The notes beneath the pieces were generated by a model, which worked only from the letters and a program-made list of their open reading frames with translations, had not been told where the DNA came from and did not search any database. Both the position numbers and the translations under genes were made by a program. DNA of 64,000 bases from Lama guanicoe (Eukaryota), in the NCBI GenBank assembly GCA_013239625.1, contig MU054220.1, positions 5,998,626-6,062,625 of the forward strand. The letters are read 5' to 3'. Below, one piece after another: positions 26,181-39,495 of the stretch (the first letter of the stretch is position 1; every line of letters begins with the position of its first letter).

Positions 26181-29100
26181 ATATGTACATATATAATTGC
26201 ATTCAGCAACTATGTGTTGTTTCTTTTGCATTATACTCCTACATTTGACATTTTATATTTCGTTTATATCCTGTATCTCGATAGTATTGTTTACAGTATT
26301 ATATTTGATATTTAAATAATGCATGGACTTCGTTATTCCTTTTACGTTTCTCCATTACAAAAGTCTACCAACATATTTGGTGACTTGATTAAAATGGAAT
26401 ACATGAATAATGTTTATTAGTTCAATTCAACATACCACCCTTCTCAAAGTGAGACAGTGACTCTTGCTTGGTAAATTCAGACCTTGCTTTGTATACCCTG
26501 AGAGAAACTGAGTCAGATCCTTAGATTTCTACACAGAAGAAACTAAGCAATAATTTTATTGAACTACTTTGGCTGAGTAAGTAGCTCTGTTTTCTGCATG
26601 GCTCATCCAGGGGAATTTCCAACTCCCGTCATGCAGTGTGACATATATTCCCCTCGGTAAAACAACAGAAAAAGTGTATTTGGAATTTTAAGCAGTTTTC
26701 AATGTAGATGTTTAAAACATGCTGAATTTCCCAAGACTCCTATTGGGTAAACTCATCTACCTTCTTCATTGTTTGAGAGTGATGAATTATGTAAAATAAT
26801 TCATTTACTTCCTTTTCTCTCTTTTTTAAATTCTACTCTGCCATTTCACACTATTGTCAACTTCAGAACTATCCTGTTTCAAATTAAGCTAAAATATTGA
26901 AGTCTCTTCTGAGCTACTGTCTCCCATTTATGACTGCTCGGGAGACACCTGTCACAGGACACCTGTCAACACTTTATAACAGAACGCTTAACTCTTCCTC
27001 CATATCAGTGTGTTACCTTTCCTTCCCATCACCTTTCTATTCATCTTTTGCCTCCTTCGTGCATTCCTCATTGACTCTTTCGCTGCCTTCCCTCTGGTAC
27101 AGCAAGTTATTCTCTCTTACCTGGACTAGTGGAATAGTCTTCTAAGCACCTCCACTTCTTCGGTTTTTTTTTCACTCTAAGAAATCTCTGAACTCTTTTG
27201 CCAAATTGTTGTTTATCACAGAACATCCCTCCTCACTTTATCACCAAAATGAAAACTTTGTGAGCTTTCCTATTGAATCCCTTTGTCACCATTTTCTAGA
27301 AGAGTGGCTGCCACATAGTAAACATATAATAGGTATCTGCTCAAGGAATGAACAAATCCCATGCTCAAATACCTTCAATGGCTCCCTATTACTTAAGGGA
27401 ATTTAAGTTGTTATTTAAATTCTTTATAACATTTATAATCACATGCTGGCAATAGATGGAAACTATGACTATAGTGACAATGAGGATTAGACAACACTTT
27501 AAATAAGTTATTGACAAAAATATGATAAGATAATCAATCTGTAACTGAGATTCTCAGCCAACATTTATATTTGTGTCTTTTCATAGTTTAATTCCACACT
27601 GTTATACAGAGTGCTTTGAATTTTGTTAGTAACAAAATTAAATAAACTAGGTACTAGGTAATGTGTGAAGCTCTTTACAAGTTTACAATCCCATGACTTA
27701 AGTTTTACTAAGCATGTTTCACAAATAAGAAAGCAGATTTAGATGAAGTTACTTGCCATGATCACCCAGCTAGTAAGAGACAGCCAGGGTTTTAAATTCA
27801 TCATTATTTACTATAAAATTTCTCATTTTCTTTCTATAGAAGAAAGTCAACATGTTCAGTTTTTTAAAGAATTAACATTTCATAGAATTCTCTTGATAAG
27901 AACAGTCTACTCCCAAATGGAAAGCTTTCTCTCTTTGGAGATGAAGTTTTCCATCTGTATACCTTAGAAGACCTGAGGGAGCCTGAGAGACTCAGAAAAA
28001 TATCTCATCAGCTGGTGAGAACTTAAGCCCAGTGTAAGGGGCTTTGACTATAAATCCCAGAACAAACAATGCTGTCCTCTGTCCCTCAGAGTCATAGAAA
28101 TCGTGAAGTATCTGCTAGAGCCCAGAAATAGCCAGGAATGCTTCCATTTTCACATGATTGCTGTGCCTTCCCAGGGACCCTTTCTTAAACCAATTTGGAA
28201 CTCCCAAGTTAGCAGGGAACGGCCACATTTCCCGGCATTTCGTCTCCTTAATACCTGTCACCTTTTCTTGCTTCTGTAATAGACTATCAAGAATACGGCT
28301 GGAGCTTGAGGGGCCCCGAGAAGTCACTTTCTCCTTGACCCACACACTGCTTGATCTCTTGGAAATTGTCAACCCTGGAGACAAGCATTTTTGACTTCCC
28401 TTCCAGACTGGACAAAACACAAAGGGAACTTAAGGCGAGAAATATTTTAATGTTTTTTTCTACTTTCGTTCAGTCTCCATGATAGCCATCTAATGCACAG
28501 ACTGAGGGCTAATGCACATGGAAGGGGAGAGAAACCATCTCAGCGTGGGTGCTCCGCTGACATTTTGATAAGAGCGCAGAGATGGGAAAACAGCACATCC
28601 CCTAAACTCCCTTTCTAAAGATGTACCTTTGCAGTGCTTCTCAGAAAGCTCAGTGGCCCCCCCTTTTAGTCTGCTGAGAAGGTTGACAAAGGATTTTAAG
28701 AATAATCAGACCCACAGAAACACACTTGTCAGCTGTGACTACAAATGTCTCTATAATTGAGCATATTCTTACATTTTACTTTCAAATAATTCTGTCCACT
28801 TCCTTATAAAGAGAACGCCGTTTTTGCTTTAAATTCTTGTTCGGATTTTATTAGAGGATGTTTATCTCGGTTTATTGGCTTATTTATAGAATTAGAATTA
28901 TTGATAGAATATGAATTGAAAAGGACTAAGATGTTTAGTATTATTACTTTGTCCTTAATATTGACATTATTAACATTTTTAGCAGAAACTTTTCTTTGAA
29001 TGGAAACTTATTCAAACCTCAACATGGAAAAATTATCAATGGGCATGGCTGGAAGGTCTGGCTTCTTCCCCATCTCCTCAGTTCTTTGGAAACCTGAGAA

Positions 29101-29899
29101 GATGCTCTATACAGCTCACTTTGAATTCTGATGAATTTCTCCAAACTGCTCTGGAGCAAGACACAGGGGAGTGAAGTGGTTCATCAAGTCATGTCCCTGG
29201 TTGGTGGCAGAGCTGACTCTAAAGTGTAGACTCTTGATTCTCATTCCCGTCTTTGAGACTGGGTCCATCTTTGTGGTCCAGGGGAACGAAAAACGTTACC
29301 TAAAATGGAAAATGTTGAAAAGAAAACAAAATGAATCATTTTCCCAATGGCTGGGCTAGAAACAGTTATCTTGTGGCAGAAAAGGCTTCTCACTCATAAA
29401 TAGGACTGTATTAAACCATAGTGGAAACGGCATGTCAACAACAGGCATTTGTCTTGCTTCAGAAAAATTGTTTCTGACTTCTAAGTTCTCCCTGACCCGG
29501 TGAATGCACCTTTCATCTGTCCTGAGAGTCTCCTGAAATGTCTGAGATGGTCAAGGTGGTGAGCACTTAAACTGCAGCTGCCCCAACTGGCGCTTCTCCC
29601 ACTGGTCATTCCTGGGGACCAACCAAAGAACCCCAGGCACATGCATGCAGGGGAAGGTTGGCATGTGCACAGGAAGACAAAGCAGTCCTCCACAAGACAA
29701 ACGAGACCTACTTGCTATAATCCAGATGTGCTCTCCGGTACTGAGCTGGGCACCCTGACCAGACACGAGGAAGCACTCTTGTGCATTATAGAGGAGATGC
29801 AAGACAGTAACTTCCGTTTGTCTAGGAAAATGAATGTTTTTTACAACATCCTCTTTGTCTTCCTTCCATCAGTGTCTCTAAATCTATGTTTCTTCTGCT

Positions 29900-30270
29900 C
29901 AAAATCACTGCTCTTTTTCCTTTTTAAAAATCTAAGTTCCTCTTGTCTTTCTTACTCGCCCCCTAGTCTCCTCCTCCTTATTCTCTTGTTCTTTCATTCT
30001 TTTTTTTGCTTAACTTCCTTCCTTCTTTTCCATTTTTTTCTATTTTCCCCTCTAGCTTTCTTTTCCTCTCTCTTCTTTCTTTTTCTCTTTTTCTTTGTTT
30101 TCTCCTTTCCTTCGATTTTTCTCTTCCCTCTTTCCTTCCCTCCCTTGTTTTTTTTTTTAGATTTCTCCCTTCAGCTCTTTTTCTATTTCTTTATGTATAC
30201 TCTTTCTGTTTTTCATTCTTCTTCTTCTGTCTCACATTGTACTTTTTCATACTTCCTTCCTTCCTTCCTG
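29900..30270. repeat. Long polypyrimidine (T/C) low-complexity tract
   Basis: About 370 bp that is almost entirely T and C on the + strand. Confidence 0.9.
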
Positions 30271-32869
30271 TCACTCAGAGTCATCCACTCAGGGGTTAGG
30301 AAATTGGTTTTCTTTCTTCACAACCATGAATTACTCAATGAGAGTCCCTCTTGGGGATTGAACTCTCTTGACCTTCCAAACTGCCCAGTTTAGAGGACAA
30401 ACACTCCTATGTCCAAAAATGCCCTCAGACAGAGAGACATGGAGAAGCCATCAGCCTGGACATGAACTGTCTGCATGGACCATTGATAGGAATGAGTACT
30501 TTCAGGGTTGGAGATACCCTTTCCTTCCATCATTCTTTTTTTTTTCTTTTCTTCCCTTCTTCATTAAACAACTAGGAGTATTCACAATATGCCAAGTCCT
30601 AAGCTAAGCACTGGGAACAGACAAGGAGGCATGACCCTGGCTTTCTCACAGATTACACTCTAGTTTATTCCAATTGAGGAAAGTAACTATTGATCAAACA
30701 GTCACAAAACATCAGTACTGCTTAAGCCTTTCCACTTATATTGCCCTTAAAAGTTGGAGACAGGGAGGAGGTATCCTTGGTTATCTGAACATCAATAGTT
30801 GGAAATTCTTTTGATGTTCCTTCTTATGTTTTATTTTCAAATCATAAAAACTTAATGCACTATACATTTAAATAGACTGAATTAATTTATACCCACCTTT
30901 CTAATGATTTGAATATGAGATGACACTTGGTTTTGAAATGCTGATACACATAAAGTCTCAAGCAACACAACTGAGGACTGTTTGATTAGTATGCATACTG
31001 GTTAAAAGCTCAAGCCTTAAAGAAAGTTGGGAAGTCAGGATCAAGTACAAGATTTTATCTTGGTTGAATGGCCTTGTGCAGCTTTATTAAACTTTCTGTG
31101 ACCTGGTATCCTCACCAACATTACTTAACTCACAGAGATGTTGTTAGAATTTCACTGAAGAGTGCAGCATTTCACATAGATCCACAAAGTAAACATCCTA
31201 TACATGAAACTGACTAATATAATTATGATATTGTTTTTATTATTATTGGATGAGCCATTATTGTTATGATTTTTATTATTGTATTTAATTTGAGCTATAA
31301 CCATGCCAGGGAGCATCAACTTACAAATGTTGGAGTCTGAGTTAAGAGCATGCTAGCAGATCAATGTGGGAATGAGGGCTCGACTCTCCTAGAGCTCAAG
31401 TTCATATACAAGTAGATATCCTAACATTGTTATCCCAGTGTCTAATGGGCCTGGACGTACATTGCCTTAGGGTCCAACAGTGCTCAAACCCAGCAAAGCT
31501 GGTGCTGAGCAGACAGCAGGATGAATTGCCTCAGGCACAGCATGCTCCAATAGAGAGCACTGGTGGGTCAAGAGGAGGAGGGAGCAGAGCGAGGGTGTAT
31601 TAATGACAAACCTCCAGAAAGAAGGGGAGAGATCAGGGAGAGATTAGCCAAACTGCTGATTGTGCATGAGGAGGCCAGCTGTGAGACGTTAATGGAACAT
31701 TAGGAGACAAGAGAAATCCAAGGACAGCTGGCTGCTACCTGGGATGGTGGCTTTGAGTCATCAGATTCCAAGCCATCACACAACAGACAGCCACAGCTGG
31801 AGGTGGAGTTATGACCTCAGCCTTGCAGGGTCTGCTGAGAGAGCAGTTAACACAGGCACGTAGGGATGGAACGAGGCTCCAGGAGGCAATATACTAATTC
31901 ATCAGGTACTGTGATGCTGTGCCTTTTTTCTTTTCCTGAGTGACAGGCATCCTGGATGGAAAACGGTCCAGAGGACTTCCAATAAAGAAAAGGTTTTCAG
32001 CTGTTTTGCCCAATCTAGTCATATTCTCCATGTCAAGACTTAAAGTCTTCAATGCTGATCCAGAAGGAAAATGAGGAAATTGATAGGCTGAAATTGATAG
32101 GCTTTTCAATAATTTAAAGAAGCAATTGTCAAACTTTTGCTTGCCTCTTTGTAACTGACTGATCAGATATCTCTACCCGAGGCATGACAACCTTCATCAG
32201 ACAGAGTAAGTGGACCTTTGCTGCCTATTGGCTGACAGCATCCATGTCTTCCTTTATGAGACCATAACACTTTTTGAAGAAATAGCTATTTTCTATTGGA
32301 TCTAGTTCATGGAGACCGTATTCAGTTGCCTGGCCCTCACCTGGGTGAGGAACACTCAGTGATCAAAGGCAGGCTATGTCAGGTGATTACTCTCTGGAAA
32401 TTAAAACTGATGTAGACAGGCAAAAATACTCAGAACGTTTGAGATTCCATTATGTCCTTGTGGAGACCATGCTTCACCTACTAACAGACCACAGTTGGAT
32501 TTTTTTGCTTCATATTCTTTTAGTTGCCTCTGTTTCTACAAATTTTAAGGTCTGATTCTCCAGTCTCTCAAGAAATTGTGAGCTGCCAATATCCTTCCAA
32601 GGATATTTTGACTTTTAGCCAAAAACAAAACAAAACAAAATACTCCTAGGATAATGAATAATTCTCAAGACACAAGATAAAATTCCACGTTGCTGTCTCA
32701 CCTCTAAGAAAGTATATCAAAATTCAAGTGAGTGAGAAACATTTTTCAGGAATAGCTGAATCCATTGTTATTCACTTTTAAAAATAAGACTTTCCTAAGC
32801 TTCATTACTTGATTATCAGGACAAAAGTAGATTTTGAAAAACAGCTCACAATTGATTATAATAAATCTG

Positions 32870-33925
32870 AGGTAGACTGTTTTCAAAGAGGGTTTCAATA
32901 ATTCTTCCCAGCCTTGTATGCATATACCTTTGCAACTTGGCTTTGACACATTTCCCATCAAGAGAAGAAATATATCTCTCCAACCTTTGCATCTGTGAAT
33001 TTGGCCAATGAAATTTTAGCAAATGCTATAGAAGCAGAGGTTAGACAGGTGTTTGCACACTGGGGCTTAGCCTCTTTTGTTGGTAGTTGGAACACTAACA
33101 CCAAGATGGCAATGATCCTGACTTGTTCACCTGGAAATGACAAGCACAGAGATGCCCTAGGTAACAGCTTGACAAAGACCAGGCACATGTGTGTGGCAAT
33201 TGTAGATCATATGATCACAATCATGTCAGCACAATATAGCCTCGTAAATTATCCCAGGTAAAACCAGCCAAAAAGCCAACCTGGCCCAACTGCTAACCCA
33301 GAGAATCATAAGCAAACATAATAGTTATTGTTTACCTTTTGCTTCTGGGGTGGTTTTTCATGTAGCAATAAGTAATTGATATAGAAATTAATAGCAGAAC
33401 TTGCATGGTAGATAACCAAAACTTAAAATATGTTCCATTGGCTTTAAGACTAATTGGAAAGAAGAGGCTGGAAGGAGACTATTAGCAAAGGCTGGAAATA
33501 TTTCAAACTGCTATTGAAGGCTGCAAAACTGATGATCCAGGCTTTGTGTCTGTGAACCAATTTGTTAAACTGTTGCCTATGGGCATCTTGGGTCTGGCCA
33601 TGCTACATTGTTTGCAAACATGGCCCCCATTCATTCCACTCATCTCTTACACCTATGGTCAACTTTGCATCAAAAATTGGAGTCTTAACTCCCTTCCCCT
33701 TGAATTTTTTAGCTCTGTATGTCAAGCTCTAGGAAGAGAGAAATAAGATAAAGAAAATACCATTTGGTACACAAGCAGAACTTTGAGAAAAAGTGAGGAG
33801 CCAGCACTTGTTGAGTTGGAAAGTTATTCACAAATCCATTCTCCCCAGCTAGAAAAAGATTCCAAGAGTAAGACATCATCTAAAGATGAAAGACCAAATC
33901 AGTGCTGTGGCTGTGAAACCTTTTC
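32870..33925 (+). mobile_element. MLT1G/H-like MaLR LTR followed by internal-sequence remnants
   Basis: LTR 'tttggccaatgaaattttagcaaatg...ctggggtggtttttcatgtagcaataagtaattgatata' ends at ~33382, followed by MaLR-int-like sequence 'aaaacttaaaatatgttccattggcttt'. Confidence 0.65.
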
Positions 33926-36895
33926 ACGGTAATCCGTACACTTGATTCAGGTAAGTATCATCATTCCCAATATGGAGCTAATGAAACTCAAATTCTAACA
34001 GAAAAAAATCAGTGGTTTTCAACCTTCGTACCACAGAGCTTTGTTTTCCTAGGCCAGGTGGGATATAGAGTGATGAGTGAGGCATGTTAAAGTGGGAAAA
34101 CCAAGCGGGCTGAAATCTGGGTCTTTCATTCTGCTCCCAAAAGAAAAGTTCTGTCTTTACCTGTTATATATATTTGGTTTCCATATAAAGTTTTGATTAA
34201 ACAGTGCTTTCCAAAGGCAACAAGAATCAGGGAAGACCCCTTGGAAATCTCTCATAAAGAACATAATGAGGATTTGAACAAGGACCCTTGGATTCCGGAA
34301 GTCATACTCTTGGTTCTGTGTCATGTTGCTTAAAGCCACTAGGGATGAGTGGCGGGTCTTGAAGTTACAGAGTTTTCTGTATCAGTTTTATGAAGTTTAT
34401 CCACCGTGTTGCTATTTCTCAAGCCAGAAACTGAGCTATATTTTCTGACATGTGCTGTTATAGTAAATGTCAGAAGATTAAAAATCTGGACTGTTGTGGA
34501 AGATTTTAGTTGTCATATCTGATCCTTAGAAATAATAACAAAAGATCATATGGTCTGAGTGGGACTGTTCAGAAGAGATTTCAGGACTTTTGGAATCAAT
34601 GGATTGACTGATTGATTGATTTGTTAAAATTAAGGTCTTGTGCTAATAACTGGAGAAAGGGGGTAAAGCAAACAGCCAAACCTAGTCTTTGGCTCCCAGG
34701 AGCTCACAGTTTAGAAGGAAAGCAGATTAAGTGCATTCCCATGCAAAACGACATCTAAAAGGAACAGTCTGAACAGAAAACTTAGTCTTCTAAAAGGGCA
34801 GAGCCCATGTTTCTCTGAACCAAGTTACCCCTCAACTAACTGGGATTCCTGATTGCACGGACTATAAGATAAATAATGCTGTATATATTCCATTTTTCGT
34901 TTTATCATGAAAAAGTGATGTCTCTTCCCTCAGCTCCTGAGAAAGAAAAGAAAATGACCTATTTGTGAGCTTTCAAGACCCCAAATGATTTTCATTGCTA
35001 TTATCTTTCTAGGTGTGAGGGAGACGATGGACATTTCTCCTGCCCCAGGTATCCCAACTCATGATTCAGTCATTGGTTTAACTTGGTAAAGTATCTAAAA
35101 GTTGAACTAAATTAAAGGTGTTAAAGCCATGTTATATGACACTGAAGCCCTAGAGTGGATCCCAGAATGTTGAAAGCACATCTTAGCTTTCTTTCCTTCC
35201 ATCCAACCTTCCATGTTACTTCCAGCCATACAAGTAAGGGCATATACTGAGTTTTTCAAAATGAGTATCTTTCTTGTTAGCAAAGTTTGGGCGTTTTCCA
35301 GAAAGACAGTCACAATAGGCCACTCTGTCTATTGCTGTGTTTGTGAATGCATCCAGGGCACATGTTTTTGGCTGAGAGCAAGTAGACTTGGTTTTAAAAT
35401 CAAGTACATGGGATACCAGACAGGTTCACTGAATGTTACCCACAAAACTGCTCAACCACATTCATATTCACAATTATAAGGGTGAGTACTGTTTCATAAA
35501 AAGGGGTAGCTGATGAGTTTCATCATTCTTAAAATAACATGGCTGTCATGAACATGGTGTGGCTTCTCTGGAGTCGGGAATGGAAGGAGCAGACATCTTT
35601 ACAGATGTGTATGTCTTTATAGACAATGAGATGATAAATATGTTCTTGCTCTCCATTTTGTTTCTTAGAACTGATTTCTTCATAGTCATATCCAGGAAAT
35701 TGATTATATTTATATGATTGCTCATAGGAAGCAATTTAAAAGGACCCATTTCATCAGAAATCAATTGCTAATGATGACAACAGAGAGGCAAACATTGATG
35801 GTAGTTATTCTATGCAAGTATTGTTCTATGAACTTTGTAAATACTCATTTAAATGTTCCAAACATTATATAAACTAGTACTACTATGATCCCCATTTTAT
35901 GATTGGAAAACCAAATTTTAAAAAGATTAAATGCTCCGATTAAGATCACACAGTGAGAGACAGCTTGAAACCCAGCCTCCCTGGCAATACTGTTTATTGA
36001 TGTGGTCATCATGTAAGTCATCTTTTTTAAAAAGTTTTACCGTCCTCAAGGGAAAACAAAGGAAAAACAAATGGTTCATTCCCTCATTAAGGTTGATAAC
36101 ATCTGTGGCAAAAATTCCCATGTATCTTGATATCTTCTTTTCAAAAAAAGAATACACTTTTAGTGTGTGACACTATAGTATGACTTAGGAAATTCATGTA
36201 AAAGGAACCACAAAAGGTGGATTTGTGCTGCAATCTGCTCATCTGTTAAATAAATATATAAAATGGGGCTTAAAATATGAGCCTAAAGTCAAATACCTTA
36301 TGTTGCAAACAAACATGTCGCATCAGTGAAAACGCCCAGCTGTTCTCCCTTTTTTCACACCTGACGCCCCGCCCCGTCTGTTCTTTATAGCCTGGCTCTT
36401 TCATCTTACTGTCTTAGGGAGTGTTTCTTCATGACCTGCAGGACCAAGAAACCAAAATCTGGCCAATGATAGAAGAAAGAGCTCTTTTGATCTTTAGAAG
36501 ATATTTTTGTTTTTTGTCTCCATTCTCTTACCCTTCATCTTCCACCTCCTACTCAATATTCAACTGTTTCCTTTTACCCCCATTGGGTGGACAAAATACA
36601 TTTAATAATAGTGAAAACTCTATTTAGGATTTGCTTCTGTTTTAAGTACTGTCTCTGCTTTAATGAATTGAATTCTTACAAAACCTTAGGAAGTACATAG
36701 TATTATCATATCCTCTGATTCTTTTATAGATTATAACATTGACATGAAGAGAAGTTGAGTCTATGAGCAACAGGGATTGGAAGGTGGGTAGTCAGACACC
36801 AGCTTCCGTATTCTGACCCACTCTGCAATACTGCAGTACTGCTTCAAGGACCAGCAAATCTCTGAGTAGGAAGAATTACCTATGGAGTCACTTTT

Positions 36896-37217
36896 TTTCT
36901 TTAATTTGTTTTTTCTTTTTCTTTTTTTAATTGAAATAGAGTCAGTTTACAATATGTCAATTTCTGGTGTACAGAATAATGTTTCAGTCATACATGTACA
37001 TACATATATTCCTTTTCATACTCTTTTTCATTATAGGTTACTACAAGATACTGAATATAGTTCCCTGTGCTATACAGTATAAACTTGTTGTTTATCTATT
37101 TTATATATAGTAGTTAGTATCTGCGAATCTCGAACTCCCAATTTATCCCTTCCCACCTCACTGCACCCTCCACCCCTGATAACCAAAAGTTTGTTTTCTA
37201 TGTCTGTGAGTCTGTTT
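36896..37217 (-). mobile_element. Young 5'-truncated L1 3'UTR with an 11-bp target-site duplication
   Basis: T-rich tail, then 'gtcagtttacaatatgtcaatttctggtgtacag...ggttactacaagatactgaatatagttccctgtgctatacag'. Flanked by gagtcactttt at 36885-36895 and 37218-37228. Confidence 0.92.
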
Positions 37218-39242
37218 GAGTCACTTTTAAAGCTTGTAAAAGATGAACATTGTTTTAATGATATGGAAATGGTATTGGGGCCATGGATTCTCAGGAATTT
37301 TGTTTACATACAGAAAAAGCGATTTGGGAAGGTATCTTGTGCTTATTTGGTGCAAAGAAAGAGTTTTATTTGAATCTAAATTTTATTGCCTCCATAGCAT
37401 TTCTTCTCTTGTGTAATGCAATTCTCAGTGAAGGCTGGCTACGATAAGTTAGTTAGCAGCCTGTGCTAAACATAGTCCCTCCAATGCCCAGATTCAGGGC
37501 AGATCTTGACTTCAAATATTCTGTCCAGTTATACCTAAAGGGCACTTATGCAGTTCAGACCAGTGTTTGACATAAAACAGGTTCACTACATATATATTTC
37601 TCATATTTTTGATGCTTCATTACAATGGTCTTCAATTTTTCTTTTAGAAGTAAAAATTATTTTAGCCAAAACTTACATGTGTGACATGCATTTTCATTTG
37701 TAATAAATTACTTTATTTCAGGCAAAAATTAAAATTATGATTATAACATCATCAGGAAATGTATTCTACCCAGTTAGGCTTGGGCAGCAAGCCTGTGTCA
37801 CTTTCTGAAGTTGTGTTAAATACTCAGTAATGTTTGCTCATTAGTTGACTAATTATATTATGATGAGATAGCATCTGATTTACTGTGCAAAACAGTAAAT
37901 TTACATCCATTGCCTATCTCAAAAAGAGACAAAACATATGTGAGACAAAACATATTTCTGTCTTATCACTCAGCGATAGGGCTTGAGTAATTGAGGGTGT
38001 TCTGGAACACTGATTATATACACGACAGTAATTACGATGTGGGCTCTAATTATATAGGTAACATGTGGCATTGGATTCATGGGAGTTACTGAGTTGCCTC
38101 CCCATCAAAACCCAGATGCTTGGGGAGGATTAAAAGAAAAAAAAAAGCCAAGAATGAAGAACATAAGTGAGAAAGTAGAAATATTTTAGGAAAAAAATTA
38201 CCCACTGTCTCACTTTGACTATGGAATGCTTGTTTTTTTATGTTTTCTATTTCCCTCCCTTCCTCTTTCCTTCTGTTTTGAAAAATGGAAAATGAAGCAA
38301 AAGCAGGAAGGGAAGAACAACTTAAAAGGGTCTTCATTTCCTTGTTAAATTTTTTAGCTGTTTTTGCTTGTTTTGTTTGTTTGCATGTTGGATTGTTTAC
38401 TTGGACTCATTATTCCAGGACTGTTCTTGTTGTCACACCCTTTCCTCAGACTTTACAAACATTAAGTGATTATATCATATATAAAAGGAAATACACTTTT
38501 TTTCATTACCAGGAACTAATGTATCAGTTTAGTTTTTCTGTTCCTTTGTAAGATGGAAAACAGAAACTTGACAAGGTGGAAAAAAGAACAGGCTAATTTA
38601 GAACGGAGGTGGGGACTGAAAGAATATATTTGAAGCATCAATGAAAGAAGAGGGAAGGCCGAGTCCCTTTCCTTCCTAAAAGACTCTTGACATTTTTCCA
38701 AAAATGAAAAAAATGTATATATCATATATTACATTTAAAATAATGATATAGTGTAATTACTCAGAATTTAAAAATTAAATAACAAATTGGAAATTATTGT
38801 CTGTTTTGGAAATAGTTTTGTGTTTACTCTTTCATTAAATTACAGCATGTAAACAATATATTTCCCTCTTAAAAACTGAATGTTTTTTAGTTCCTAGAAT
38901 TTTTTTTTGTCCTGAACTTTTTGTATTCTGATGTTTGGATCATTTCACCGTAAGTGTTAAAATAAAAAAGGGCTTCACTGAAACCACAATAAATATTTTT
39001 TAATCAATTTTGTAATTTTCCTATTTATTCGTTGGGTCTACTTGCAAACTAGACTGTCTACATACTGCCCATAACTTTGATAGTTTTCATTTGCAAAAAG
39101 AATTTTTGGGGCACAGTCTGAATTATGTGATTTGGTATTTCTGAGTTATAATATATAACATGGGTCTGCTATCATTGCAAAAGGCACATGGGAAAAATGA
39201 GGAGGTAACAATTACATTTTGCTGTGTCGTGCAATCAATAGA

Positions 39243-39495
39243 AAACTGGGCTCAGGAGACAGACTGTCTGGGTTCCAATCCAGGCTATAATATTTAGTAG
39301 GGAAAAAAAAATGAGCAAATAGCATCAATTCTCTGTGTCTGCCTTGTCTCACCTCTAAAAAGAGGTTCATTATAATAATAATAATACCTATCCAGTTAGG
39401 CTAGGTTGGGAACGTTAAATTAGTTGATATACGTAAATTGATGACAGCAATTCTGGCACAAGAAAACACTCAAGAAAGGTTAGCTATTATTATTA
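39243..39495 (+). mobile_element. MIR SINE, near full length
   Basis: 'agacagactgtctgggttccaatccaggct...tctcacctctaaaaagagg...cactcaagaaaggttagctattattatta'. Confidence 0.7.

Noticed and set aside
29641..30393. Longest ORF (250 aa), hydrophobic
   Set aside because: It stays open only because the T/C tract lacks stop codons; the product is F/L/S low complexity, not a membrane protein.
37926..37955. Direct repeat gagacaaaacatat x2 and similar short duplications
   Set aside because: Ordinary slippage duplications with no spacer-repeat array structure; CRISPR is not applicable to this eukaryotic DNA.
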